Source: a virus. From it: DNA of 41,120 nt. Under the pieces are notes generated by a model. The model did no database searches. It was not told the DNA's origin and saw only the letters and a program-made list of their open reading frames with translations. Location of the stretch: positions 100,163-141,282 of the IMG/VR virus record IMGVR_UViG_2788500025_000001; one strand, written 5' to 3'. Positions 25,980-35,500 of this stretch are shown in pieces. How positions within the stretch are numbered: the first letter of the stretch is position 1; each line of letters starts with the position of its first letter. A program made the position numbers and the translations under genes.

Positions 25980-26423
25980 ATGAAGAACCTACGCACAATC
26001 ATGGCCGAAGAAGGCTTCAAGATCGCCCGACGCCCCTACCGTTCGGAGAGGGATGACATTGACGAGCAGTACGGCGACGTTCCGAGGAACGAGCGGGGCG
26101 ATCTGCTTCCCGCGATGGGTGATCTCAAGAAGGTCAAGATGGTCGTGATCGGCCCCAGGGGCCGCTATGCTGCCCCGGAACTCAATCGGGAAGGTAAGCG
26201 GATCTTCAAGGAGATCACGGGGAGTGACTACGACTCCTACGGAGGGAAGCGCGGCACCCCGCGACACCACCCCGCATTGGTGTGGATCGCCCAGACCTAC
26301 CCCGGCTTGTTCGCAGGTGGGTTTGAGTTGGTGCCTGTCCCTGGTGGGGTCTACAAGATCCGCGAGTACGACGGATCAGAATGGCTTGAGACCCCGCAGT
26401 CCGTCGAGTGGACCAAGATCTGA
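25980..26423 (+). CDS. Phage hypothetical protein (147 aa)
   Basis: SD AAGGAG; RHHPALV...YKIREYDGSEW motif; N-terminus resembles that of the 429-aa protein. Confidence 0.75.
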   Translation: MKNLRTIMAEEGFKIARRPYRSERDDIDEQYGDVPRNERGDLLPAMGDLKKVKMVVIGPRGRYAAPELNREGKRIFKEITGSDYDSYGGKRGTPRHHPALVWIAQTYPGLFAGGFELVPVPGGVYKIREYDGSEWLETPQSVEWTKI

Positions 26424-26442
26424 TTTCTCAGCGCCTGAGACG

Positions 26443-26492
26443 AAAAAAGCGCCCCCGCCGACCCGAAGGTCAGTGGGGGCGCGTTCGCGTTT
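26443..26492. terminator. Bidirectional terminator
   Basis: A6-GCGCCCCCGCCGACC-CGAA-GGTCAGTGGGGGCGC hairpin between convergent genes. Confidence 0.8.
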
Positions 26493-26646
26493 AGGCGTTT
26501 CGGAAGCGTCGTCGGTCTTCGCGGCGAAGGCGACGGCGAGCAAGGCGTCGGGTGACACGTTTGCTGGGGTGTTCGGGAATGAGGATGCAGTAGTGTCCAC
26601 GTTCACCGTAGGTGTCGCGGACGTTGAGCCGTTTGAATCGGTCCAT
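26491..26646 (-). CDS. Small Arg-rich protein (51 aa)
   Basis: Not in track. SD GGAG; MDRFKRLNVRDTYGERGHYCILIPEHPSKRVTRRLARRRLRREDRRRFRNA. Confidence 0.6.
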   Translation of the reverse strand: MDRFKRLNVRDTYGERGHYCILIPEHPSKRVTRRLARRRLRREDRRRFRNA

Positions 26647-26663
26647 GTCTCTCCGGGTTGGGG

Positions 26664-26864
26664 TTAGCGGCCAGTCTCGTCCACGCCAGCCTCGACGAGC
26701 GAGGTAGCGAGGAGCATCTCGGTGGGGGTGAGGACGAGGTCGTTGCCGTCCTCGTCAAGGATGTGGGTGGGGAACCACTGTCCCCCTCGCTGGGCGAAGG
26801 CGACAGTGATGTCAATGATCCCGCCCGGCGTGGTGCGCTGGACGGTCACGGTAGCGTCGGCCAT
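26664..26864 (-). CDS. Small hypothetical protein (66 aa)
   Basis: ATG 26864 with SD AGGAGG; MADATVTVQRTTPGG... Confidence 0.7.
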   Translation of the reverse strand: MADATVTVQRTTPGGIIDITVAFAQRGGQWFPTHILDEDGNDLVLTPTEMLLATSLVEAGVDETGR

Positions 26865-26893
26865 GGGGGCCTCCTGTGATGGGGTTGAAGGGA

Positions 26894-27463
26894 TCATGCG
26901 ACAGTGGCCCACTGGTTCCAGTAGTCCACGCCGCGCTGGTACTCGGCGGGGTCGAGGGGCTTGCCGTTGCCACCAGCCTCGATGCCCATCGCGTTCCGCA
27001 TCTGTGATGCAGGACCGAGGGGGGCGATCTCGTTGGTGGGGCCAGCGTTGATGGAGACGATGCCCCACTCAGCCCACTCGGAGAGGGTCACGCCTTCCTT
27101 CGCGCACTGTTCCGCCGTGTAGAGGACCAGGTGAAGCCACTCGGCCTCCTGGCGCTCGACGGAGCCAGCGGGGAAGTGCCGGGTCAGCACAGCCAACTCG
27201 CCTTCGCGGCGAGCCTTGTACTCACTCACCAGCAGGTGAGCGTTGTCCTCGGTGATCTCGGCAACGCCCGACAAGGCATCGGTGAAGTTGCGGACCAGGA
27301 CGTGCCGGACGAAACCTTCGTCCTTGACGACGACGATCTCGCGGTCAGCGTCACGGAGGGCAAGGTCGAAGCCTTCGGCGTGGTGGCTACCAATCTTGGT
27401 GCCAGCAACCATGTCGTCGCCGAAGTGGCGGCGGGATGCGAAAGAGGGGGTCTGAATAAGCAA
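26894..27463 (-). CDS. DUF3228-like protein (189 aa)
   Basis: TTG start after SD AAGGAG; NFTDA...ITEDNAHLL.S.Y.AR...ELAVLTR.F...LVLY..EQ...WGIVSI...MRNAMGIEAGGNG.PLD...Y...V.YW matches DUF3228 as I recall it. Confidence 0.8.
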   Translation of the reverse strand: MLIQTPSFASRRHFGDDMVAGTKIGSHHAEGFDLALRDADREIVVVKDEGFVRHVLVRNFTDALSGVAEITEDNAHLLVSEYKARREGELAVLTRHFPAGSVERQEAEWLHLVLYTAEQCAKEGVTLSEWAEWGIVSINAGPTNEIAPLGPASQMRNAMGIEAGGNGKPLDPAEYQRGVDYWNQWATVA

Positions 27464-27513
27464 GGGGTCTCCTTTGGCCCTGTAGGGCACTGGGGGTGGG
27501 TGAGGGTCGCTGC

Positions 27514-27609
27514 CCTCACCTACTTACGGGAGCAGGGGGAAGTTTTAACGGCGACCCCCGAAAAAAATCCCCCGTTAAAACCGTCTGCTGCTTCCGTAAG
27601 TAGGTGAGG
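27514..27609. promoter_or_regulatory. 38-bp inverted repeat, probably back-to-back promoters of a second class
   Basis: Arms 27514-27551 and 27572-27609 are 32/38 identical: CCGTTAAAAC-N12-CCGTAAGTAGGTGAGG, each pointing into a divergent operon. Confidence 0.75.
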
Positions 27610-27659
27610 ACCCGCACCTTCGCGCCCTCAAACCCCCAGAGCCCCATAGGAGGCTGACC

Positions 27660-28058
27660 ATGACCATCGTATCGTTCGACTTCGACGACACGCTGGCCTG
27701 GACGCGAGTGATCCGAGACGCTGACGGCGACATCGAGGACACCGTCCCTGCTGGCGTCAACCCTCACATCATGCCGCTGCTCCATGCAGCCCTCGACCGT
27801 GGCGACGAGGTTCACATCGTCACGACCCGCCACGCCTCTCGCTGGCGCGACATCACCCTGGCCGAACTTCGTGCCTGGGGTGTGCTCGACCGGCTCGCAG
27901 GAGTCCACTTCACCGATGGTGAGTGGAAGGCGGAAACTTTGTCCACGCTTCGGGTAGAGGTACATCACGATGACGACCAGGATGAACTGGATCGTCTGCC
28001 GCCCGGATGCAGTGGTGTCCTGGCACCTCTACACCCGTCCTGGGGAGGTGTGCGATGA
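27660..28058 (+). CDS. HAD-superfamily hydrolase/phosphatase (minimal, cap-less)
   Basis: Motif I SFDFDDTL, II IVTTR, III K (WKAE), IV HHDDD; SD AGGAGG. Confidence 0.85.
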   Translation: MTIVSFDFDDTLAWTRVIRDADGDIEDTVPAGVNPHIMPLLHAALDRGDEVHIVTTRHASRWRDITLAELRAWGVLDRLAGVHFTDGEWKAETLSTLRVEVHHDDDQDELDRLPPGCSGVLAPLHPSWGGVR

Positions 28059-28735
28059 CTGAGGAAGAGGCCAAAGCCAGACTGCTCCCCCCTGTGCAGA
28101 AGGGTGCTTTGGTTGTGGTCGTCCGTGGACGCAAGGTGCCACGCGGCACTATGGGCGTCGTGAGGTGGGAAGGTGACGGTGACTACGGCCCCCGTGTGGG
28201 CCTCGCTGTCGAAGGCGAGGACAAACTCGTCTACACCGCCTACAAGAACGTCGATGCTGTGTACCCTGGCCTGATGCCTGGCCAGGATCCCGAAGGCGGT
28301 TGGGTCGAACTCTACGAGCGTGTGCAGCGGGAGCAACGGCTTCCGATGAAAGGGCACCGAATCGAGCACCGAGACTCAGGCATGAAAGGCAAGGTCTTCT
28401 GGGCGCAGGGGAGCCGTATCGGATTCAAGTCCGACAAGGGGGTCACCAACTGGTCCGACGCCCACGAGGTCTGGATGTTGTCAGGACCCATGGAGTGCCG
28501 TTTGGATTACGTCACCGAGGTTCCCGCCGTGCCTGCATTACGGGTCCTCCTTGAAGTAGACGCCCGGTCGCTTCCGGCCCCTTTCAATGAGATCCAGTAC
28601 CTGGACGCCCTTCCCCAGGGCGGCTACCGAGGTTTGAATGGTCGTCGAGAGTACGTCGCGACGTTGCCCGAAGAGGTGGCCCAGCAACACCTTATGGTTG
28701 TGGGTCACCTCCAGGATTCCGGGCGTCCTCGGTAG
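28055..28735 (+). CDS. Hypothetical protein with two SH3/KOW-like beta-barrels
   Basis: ATGA overlap at 28055 with SD GGAGG; KG..V.VVRGRKVPRGTMGVVRW...RVGL and KG.RI....GMKGKVFW...RIGF. Confidence 0.7.
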   Translation: MTEEEAKARLLPPVQKGALVVVVRGRKVPRGTMGVVRWEGDGDYGPRVGLAVEGEDKLVYTAYKNVDAVYPGLMPGQDPEGGWVELYERVQREQRLPMKGHRIEHRDSGMKGKVFWAQGSRIGFKSDKGVTNWSDAHEVWMLSGPMECRLDYVTEVPAVPALRVLLEVDARSLPAPFNEIQYLDALPQGGYRGLNGRREYVATLPEEVAQQHLMVVGHLQDSGRPR

Positions 28736-28744
28736 CCCGCCTAT
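28730..28744 (+). promoter_or_regulatory. Putative late promoter motif
   Basis: CGGTAGCCCGCCTAT about 26 nt before ATG 28770. Confidence 0.7.
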
Positions 28745-28769
28745 CGCCCCTCCACAGTCGGAGGCTTTC

Positions 28770-28913
28770 ATGGGCTGTGGCTGTCGCAAGAAGAACGGGG
28801 CGAAAAACCCAACGGCAATCAAGAAATCTGCTCCCCAGATTCGTGTTGCCCGTGCGATCCCTCGTGAGCCTGTGACGAAGCGACTCCCCCGAGGGACGCG
28901 GGTGCGCCGATGA
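28770..28913 (+). CDS. Small basic protein (47 aa, MGCGCRKK...)
   Basis: SD GGAGG; own promoter motif. Confidence 0.65.
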   Translation: MGCGCRKKNGAKNPTAIKKSAPQIRVARAIPREPVTKRLPRGTRVRR

Positions 28914-28922
28914 CGTGCCTAT
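28908..28922 (+). promoter_or_regulatory. Putative late promoter motif
   Basis: CGATGACGTGCCTAT about 36 nt before ATG 28958. Confidence 0.65.
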
Positions 28923-28957
28923 GCAACCGGGTACTGTGGCCCTTGATGGAGACTTGA

Positions 28958-31900
28958 ATGGCAATCCGCGACAAGTACTTTCCTGGCTCAACCGTCAGTC
29001 GATACCTTCCACCGGGAGAACACTCCTGGTCTGAGGCTATCTACCAGTCCGGTAAGCCAGTCCTCGACGCTGAACTGAATCTCTCCCAGGAAGTAGGGAA
29101 GGAGATCCGGCGTCTGATCCAGCACCATGAGACCCCGTCTGGGTGGCTGCGCGGACCCGTTCCGCCCTCCCTGACAGATTTCTCGTTCGGCAACCCCGCT
29201 GGGGGCTACCCCGCTGACTCCTTCTACATGGTGAACCGCACCGCCATCGTGGCTCAGATGCCCGTCACCGTGGCCTACACGGAGAACACGGAACCTCAGA
29301 ACCTCATTCAGTTGTCGCCTGCGACTCTGGACAACGGCACCCCCGCCAACGTCAAGCGCACCGACTTCGTGTTCCTGGAAGTCTTCCGTGCCCTGGTGAG
29401 CCCTTCACCACACGCCTCTGGGTCCATCACCGTCCTGACATTCCCGACCACAGGCTCCATCACCATTAACGGTGTGGCACTGACCCCCGCTGGCGGGCCT
29501 CGTGGCGTCGGCATCGGAGCCGACAACTACGACAACACGTTGGCGTCAGCAGCGGCCATCGCGGCTGACATCCGGGACGCCATCAACGATTCATCCAACT
29601 CCTGGGCTGGGGTCGTCACCGCAGAGATCGACATTTCGGTCGCAGAGCAGGTGAACATCAAGGCCACGGATGCGTTCGCCGGTGCAGCCGGTAATGCCAT
29701 CGGATTCATTGAGTCCACAGGTGGTGCCGAGTTTACCCTCGACCCTCTCGTTGGGAACCTCACAGGCGGTGTAGACACCCCGAACAAGCCGACCCAGGCC
29801 ACTATCTACAGGAACGGAAACATCCTGGCTCCTGCTGGGGTGAACCTGCCCGACCGCATCGCTGATCCCACCATCGGGACCGAGAGCACGAAGCGGGTGC
29901 AGATCCAGTACAACATCCGCAAGACCAACCAGACCGAAGCCGTCAACTTTCAGGTCACCAACGGCTTCATCGGTGCCAACTGGATCGCGGCCACTACGGT
30001 CCCCTCTACAGCGGACTCAGAAGTCCGGGCTCAGGCCACCCAGGTCGCCCCTGTAGGGCGCTACCGGTTCGTCCCTGCTGATGGGGTCACAGTCCTTGCC
30101 TACATTGAAGTCACAGGTGTCGGAGCCATCGCACTTGGCGACACCATCGACGTGAACGGCGTGACGCTGACCGCAGCGAACCCTGCCGTGAACCCTGACG
30201 AGTTTGACCCCACAGGTGCTCCTGGAGCCATCGCCACCAACATCGTCACAGCCATCACGGCCTCGGTGGGAACCGTTGCGGCTTCCGCTTCGGGATCACT
30301 CATCGCCATCGTGCCCGCCGTAAGCGGCGACAACGTGACCCTGAGCAGTGTCTTGACGACAAGCACCTCGGTCATCACGGCGGTCAACTCGGCTGTGTCG
30401 TACCAGACGGTAGACAATGGCCTCTACATCTCTGGCGACGGCACACAGAAGGCAGCGACTGATCTCGGCACTGTGGACGGCTACTCCTATGCCATCCCCA
30501 TGTGCTTCGTCTTCCGCCGCAACGATGCCAGCACAACTGGCGGCTTCGACCCGGCAAACAACACCAACGGTGCGCTGGCGCATGACCATGCCCCCTTCAA
30601 CAACACCCACCTCACAGGCGGGGCGACTGCGATCCCGGCGTCTACGTCTGACAGGCCCGACCAGCGGTTCCACGATGTCATTGTCTCAGGGGATGTCCTG
30701 GACCTTCGACGCCAGGTGTCCCCTGGCGGTGTTGATCTCAAGGCAGAACTTGAATCGCAGATGACCGCCCTTCTCGATGGTTCCATGCACACATGGGCCA
30801 TCGACACCGAGGACATCACTGAACTGGGCAACTCCTCAGGGGACGTCTCGTCGGTGTACCTGGTGTGCAACGAGATCGGTGACCAGGACAACGTCAACGG
30901 CGAAACCATCGGCAAGTGGGATCACATCCGACGCCGGTTCGCTGATCAGCCTGTCGTTGAACGCCGCATCTTCCCCATCACGTCTGACGCCCCTTCCGGG
31001 ACAAACCCCGGCCTGTTCATGGACCCCACGAGGGCTGGATGGGAGGCAGGCCAGGTCATCAACATCAACCTCGGCCAACTTGACGCCTCGGGTCTGGGGG
31101 ACTGGGTTCCCACGGCCTCTCCGGTGGTGGTGACGAACCAGTGGCCTGCCGGAACCACCATCACCAACGTCCTCCGAGTCGTTCACGACGACGGCAACTA
31201 CGCTGCGCCCATCGACCAGAACGTAGAAGTGGACCTGATCTCTGGTGTTGGTACGGACCACGTCCAGATCACCCTGGCCCCGAACAACGCGCAGGCCAAT
31301 GGAGGTGTGAACGGCGACCCTGACTATGATGTCGTCCCCACCGTCGCCGGTACATCGGCTCGCCGCATCTTCGTCGAGTTGGAGATTTCGTACCCTGCCG
31401 GGGTAGGCATCTCGGCGACCCCGGATGAGATCATCGGCGGCTCCCCGACTGTGACCCCGTACCATGGCTCGGCCCTGGAGTACGACACCAGCAAACGCCC
31501 GACAGACTTTGAAGACCTCCAGCCCCCGGCCTACCGGCCCGGCTACCGTGAGGTCATGATGGAGTACATCTGCAACGATGGTCTCACAGTCCCCGTGTCG
31601 GGATCACCCATCACTGAGGAAGTGGTGAGTGGCAGTGGTATCGACCTGATCATGTCCCGCCGCTTCTACGGCATCAAGGGTGGTGCTCCTGCCCTCATGT
31701 CCGTGACGGACATCGGTGGAGGACTCGGCGCTGTGCCGATTGACGACGCAGCCACGACATGGGGCAACTCCGCACGCAAGATCGTCCTCTCAGGGGCGGG
31801 TGTGGCTCCCGGTGTCCAGAGCAAGTGCTCCGTGGAGTACTTCGCGCAAGACCCCATCCCTGATTTCTCCAGCCCCGGCGACCGCTACCAGATTGCGGTC

Positions 31901-32548
31901 TACTTCCGTAGCAACGCGCCCCAGACGGTTGGGGTCATGGGCGGGTTCCCGGCGACTTCCCCGTTGCCGGACAACCTGAACCTTGAGCCGTTGGTCATGT
32001 CCCGCAACCTGTGGACGAACACCACCTCCGTGGGATCGCTGGACCTGGCGTTCCCCTACAGCAACCCGTCTGACCAGATCGCCGTCAACGCTGACCAGCA
32101 GATCGGCGTCAATCCGCCGTTCCCCGGTGAGTGGGCTCTCATGTCCCTGGCCAAGATCAGCGTCGGTGACTTCGACGCCGAGACGGGCCTGCTCAACCTG
32201 CACCAGATGGTCCCGGTTGACCCCAACTCGGACTTCTCCTTCTCCAGCCGTGCGTGGGATCACGAGTTCCGAGGCCACTACCGGATTGCCGATGTGAACG
32301 CCTACCGGCCTACAGCGATGGCCCAGCCCCTCTCTGGGGTCGCGACCCACAAGGTCTTCTTCCCCTTCCTGGCTCAGACCTCCGCAGACAACGTCTACTT
32401 CCGCAAGGGGGAGGTCGTGCTCGTGGTAGTCAGTCGATACGCACTTCTTGATGGAGACAACGTGGTTCGGTTCACTGATAGCGGCACAGACACCTGCGCT
32501 GCTGTGTACCGGACTCGCGGGCTACTCCTTTTGGCCTCGGAGCGATAA
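28958..32548 (+). CDS. Large virion structural protein (1196 aa), probable baseplate/tail component
   Basis: N-terminal YQSGKPVLDAELNLSQE (DUF4815/DUF6519-like start); two inserted Ala-rich modules; paralog at 40855. Confidence 0.7.
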   Translation: MAIRDKYFPGSTVSRYLPPGEHSWSEAIYQSGKPVLDAELNLSQEVGKEIRRLIQHHETPSGWLRGPVPPSLTDFSFGNPAGGYPADSFYMVNRTAIVAQMPVTVAYTENTEPQNLIQLSPATLDNGTPANVKRTDFVFLEVFRALVSPSPHASGSITVLTFPTTGSITINGVALTPAGGPRGVGIGADNYDNTLASAAAIAADIRDAINDSSNSWAGVVTAEIDISVAEQVNIKATDAFAGAAGNAIGFIESTGGAEFTLDPLVGNLTGGVDTPNKPTQATIYRNGNILAPAGVNLPDRIADPTIGTESTKRVQIQYNIRKTNQTEAVNFQVTNGFIGANWIAATTVPSTADSEVRAQATQVAPVGRYRFVPADGVTVLAYIEVTGVGAIALGDTIDVNGVTLTAANPAVNPDEFDPTGAPGAIATNIVTAITASVGTVAASASGSLIAIVPAVSGDNVTLSSVLTTSTSVITAVNSAVSYQTVDNGLYISGDGTQKAATDLGTVDGYSYAIPMCFVFRRNDASTTGGFDPANNTNGALAHDHAPFNNTHLTGGATAIPASTSDRPDQRFHDVIVSGDVLDLRRQVSPGGVDLKAELESQMTALLDGSMHTWAIDTEDITELGNSSGDVSSVYLVCNEIGDQDNVNGETIGKWDHIRRRFADQPVVERRIFPITSDAPSGTNPGLFMDPTRAGWEAGQVININLGQLDASGLGDWVPTASPVVVTNQWPAGTTITNVLRVVHDDGNYAAPIDQNVEVDLISGVGTDHVQITLAPNNAQANGGVNGDPDYDVVPTVAGTSARRIFVELEISYPAGVGISATPDEIIGGSPTVTPYHGSALEYDTSKRPTDFEDLQPPAYRPGYREVMMEYICNDGLTVPVSGSPITEEVVSGSGIDLIMSRRFYGIKGGAPALMSVTDIGGGLGAVPIDDAATTWGNSARKIVLSGAGVAPGVQSKCSVEYFAQDPIPDFSSPGDRYQIAVYFRSNAPQTVGVMGGFPATSPLPDNLNLEPLVMSRNLWTNTTSVGSLDLAFPYSNPSDQIAVNADQQIGVNPPFPGEWALMSLAKISVGDFDAETGLLNLHQMVPVDPNSDFSFSSRAWDHEFRGHYRIADVNAYRPTAMAQPLSGVATHKVFFPFLAQTSADNVYFRKGEVVLVVVSRYALLDGDNVVRFTDSGTDTCAAVYRTRGLLLLASER

Positions 32549-32551
32549 ACC

Positions 32552-35500
32552 ATGCCTCGTAATGTAGATCCTGGAACTATCCGAGTTGGCAAGGGACTCG
32601 CCCCCGAGGGGACGGTCGAAGACAACTCGCTGCGCTACCCGGAGCGGGATGCTGATCCCCTTCGTGTTCACATCCATGACCCCAGCCGCGCCCACATGGC
32701 GTCGAGCATCGGTATCGTAGATGAACTCGACTGCTACGTCTCTGACGAGGTCGAGGGTGCCCTCCAGGAACTCTGCGGCAACTCCGCTGCGGGTCGCCTC
32801 AACGGCCTGATCGCAGGCGGTACATTCAGCGAGTTGGGGTGTCTCCCCAACGGCACAGCGGGCGGTGTCCACGCCACGTTGACCCTGTGCTCTCCTACAG
32901 AAATCCTGATGAACGGCACGGTCCTGGACGCCACGGGCCTCACTGTGTCCGTCCCTGCGGCCAACACCGTCTACTTCATCTACCTGGACACCCAGGTCAG
33001 CAGCCCGACTTACCGAGAACTGGTCGCGACCACGGGAACCCCTCCCCAGGTCGAAGTCGGTGATCCCGACACCACCACCGGTCCCGGCAGCATCGAGAAC
33101 GTCATGCTCGCCAAGGTCACGATGGACGCAGGCGGCAACGTCGTGTCCTGGCAGGACGCACGCTTCTTCGTGCGGAACCTCGACCGCAAGGTCACTTACA
33201 GCAGCCGCCAGGGCGAGAACGTGGACGCCTGGTCCGAAGGTTGCTTCGCCAACCTTCAAGCCTTCTTCTTCTGGGCTGAGTACTACGGAGACGGTGCGCT
33301 CCCCTCCAGCAACGAGGAAGAGAAGGGCATGGTGCTGATCCGAGGGAAGCACACGATTCTCTCGACGCTCAATGTGCCCACCGACCACCTCCAGTTTGTC
33401 GGTGACGGCGAAGCCATCATTGAGTTGACCGGCAACGCCGCCTTTGACGGGGTCATGGTCGATGACAAGAAGGACATCACCTTCCGCAACATCACCTTCC
33501 TGTGCAACGTGGCGAGCACGGGGAGCAAGGGCATCCGTAGTGCTGGAGACTTCACCGATCTCACCGTCGAGGACTGTCGTTTCCTTAGTGGGACGCAAAA
33601 CTTCAGCACAGCCCTTCACCTGGACGCAGGCGGCGCATCCAACGAGCGGATCACAGTCCGTGACTGCGCGATTGAGGCTGTCGATTGCGGTGTCAATGTC
33701 GATGGTTTTGGGAGCACGTCCTCCTGGGGGGCGTTGATCGAGAACTGTTCCGTCGATGCTCAGGCGGTCGCTGTCGGCTCTGTGGGCATCCAGTTGGGTG
33801 ACAACCAGACCAACGGCTACGGCACCGTCCGGGGGTGCTTTGTTTCGTCCTTTGAGGTCGGGATCATGGTCAAGGATACCGGCGTCACCCTGATCGAAGG
33901 GAACACCATCCGCGACACCCTCAGCGGGATCATCTACCCCAGCGACAGTGCCGTTGGCCATACGGTGGCGAACAACCACATCACGCTCGGCGACAACCTC
34001 ACCCTCCATGGCATCTTCTTTGGGATCGGTCACCAGAGCATCGTGATCTCGGGCAACTACATCCGCAGCCTCATTGACGGAGGTCACCCTTCGGAGCCTT
34101 ACGGCATCTCCGTCCAGGGTCGCACGGCGAGTGAGAAGGTGAACGCCCGCATTGAGAACAACCACGTCATTGGCTTCTATGACGCCACCGCGACTATCGG
34201 ACACGGCATCTGGGTCGTGGGGACTGACGGTGTCTGTGAGGGTGTGACCATCACAGGGAACACCCTTTCCCGGAACAACATCGCCGTTGAGTCCTGGATG
34301 AACGGAACCATCACGGGGAACACCGTTGAGGCAAACACACCCGGTATGCCTCCGGGACCTACAGTAGGCGGGGCGATTGATCTCACCAACGCTCGCTCCT
34401 TCACGGTGAGTGGAAACACGGTCAATGCGCGGGATGTCATCCGCCATGGGGTGTACGCCCGTGTCGGCAAGGACCTGACGGTCACGGGGAACACTGTGAC
34501 GCAGCCTTTCGTCACCGGAGTCCTGCTCGACTCCGGTCCCAACTTTGGTGCAATAGCGGGGATGGAGAACTTCACCGTGAGTGGAAACACGGTCGATGCC
34601 CTTCCTGATCCGGCCAACCCCTCCCTGCCTACGGCAGACGGGATCGTCATCAGCAGCACTACGGACGACGGATCCCCCGAAATCGGTGTTGTCGATGGCA
34701 ACTCCGTTCGGCGTTGTCGCCACGGAATCTTGCTGACCGGCTTCGCCATCAACGTCCCGATCCGGGACGTCACGGTGTCAAACAACATCGTCTCCGAGTG
34801 CGCGAAGGACCAGGACACCTGGGACATCTTTGACTTCCAGGACGCGGGCACCTACGGAATCGGCTGCCTCTATGCGAAAAACATCATCCTCTCAGGGAAC
34901 AACATCGGCAGCGTCGGTCAGGTCACGCTCGACACGGGCGCACCACTCGTCCCTGCGAACAACGTCTTTGTCCAGGCACTGTTCGCCCTCAACTGCTCGG
35001 GTGTGACGGCTCAGGGGAACACCATCCGCAACTCGCTCCCTTATGGGACGGGTCGGGCCAACGACATCGCCCTGCTTGTGGGCCGCCTTCCCAGTAATGT
35101 GGAGTGCATCAACACTAAGGTCGAAGGCAACAGCATCATCATCAACGACAGTGTGGACCCCGGTAGCCACCAGGGCATCCTGGCCTGGGCGGACGGTACG
35201 CCTGCCGCTGCCACGGCTTCCTTCCTGGACCTGTCCATCTCGGACAACACGATCCACACAGTGAACGGAGCCAGCGGTTCCGGCGTCGGCACCGGGATTC
35301 ACATCGTCGCTCAGGATGAGGGTGCTATCGAAGGTGCCCGCATTGAGGGCAACCAGGTTGGAAACTACCTGTCCACCGGGATCTACGTCCAAACGGGTGA
35401 TGCGAGCCCTCAGGGCGACAGCAGCATGTATCGCGTGGGCGTCCGGCACAACACGCTCAGGTCCATGGGTGCAGCCGGACCTACGGCGGCTATCTACGTC

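Noticed and set aside
27514-27609. Inverted repeat as transposon/MITE ends or an invertible switch
   Set aside because: No transposase or recombinase in the window, no evident target duplication, only a 20-bp interior, and mismatches confined between two conserved boxes, which fits promoters better.
32522-34723. Long antisense ORFs (733 aa here; also 8264-9496, 5805-6791, 18552-19730, 34892-36100, 13822-14805)
   Set aside because: They are shadows of high-GC sense genes, with no recognisable motifs and full overlap with better-supported CDSs.
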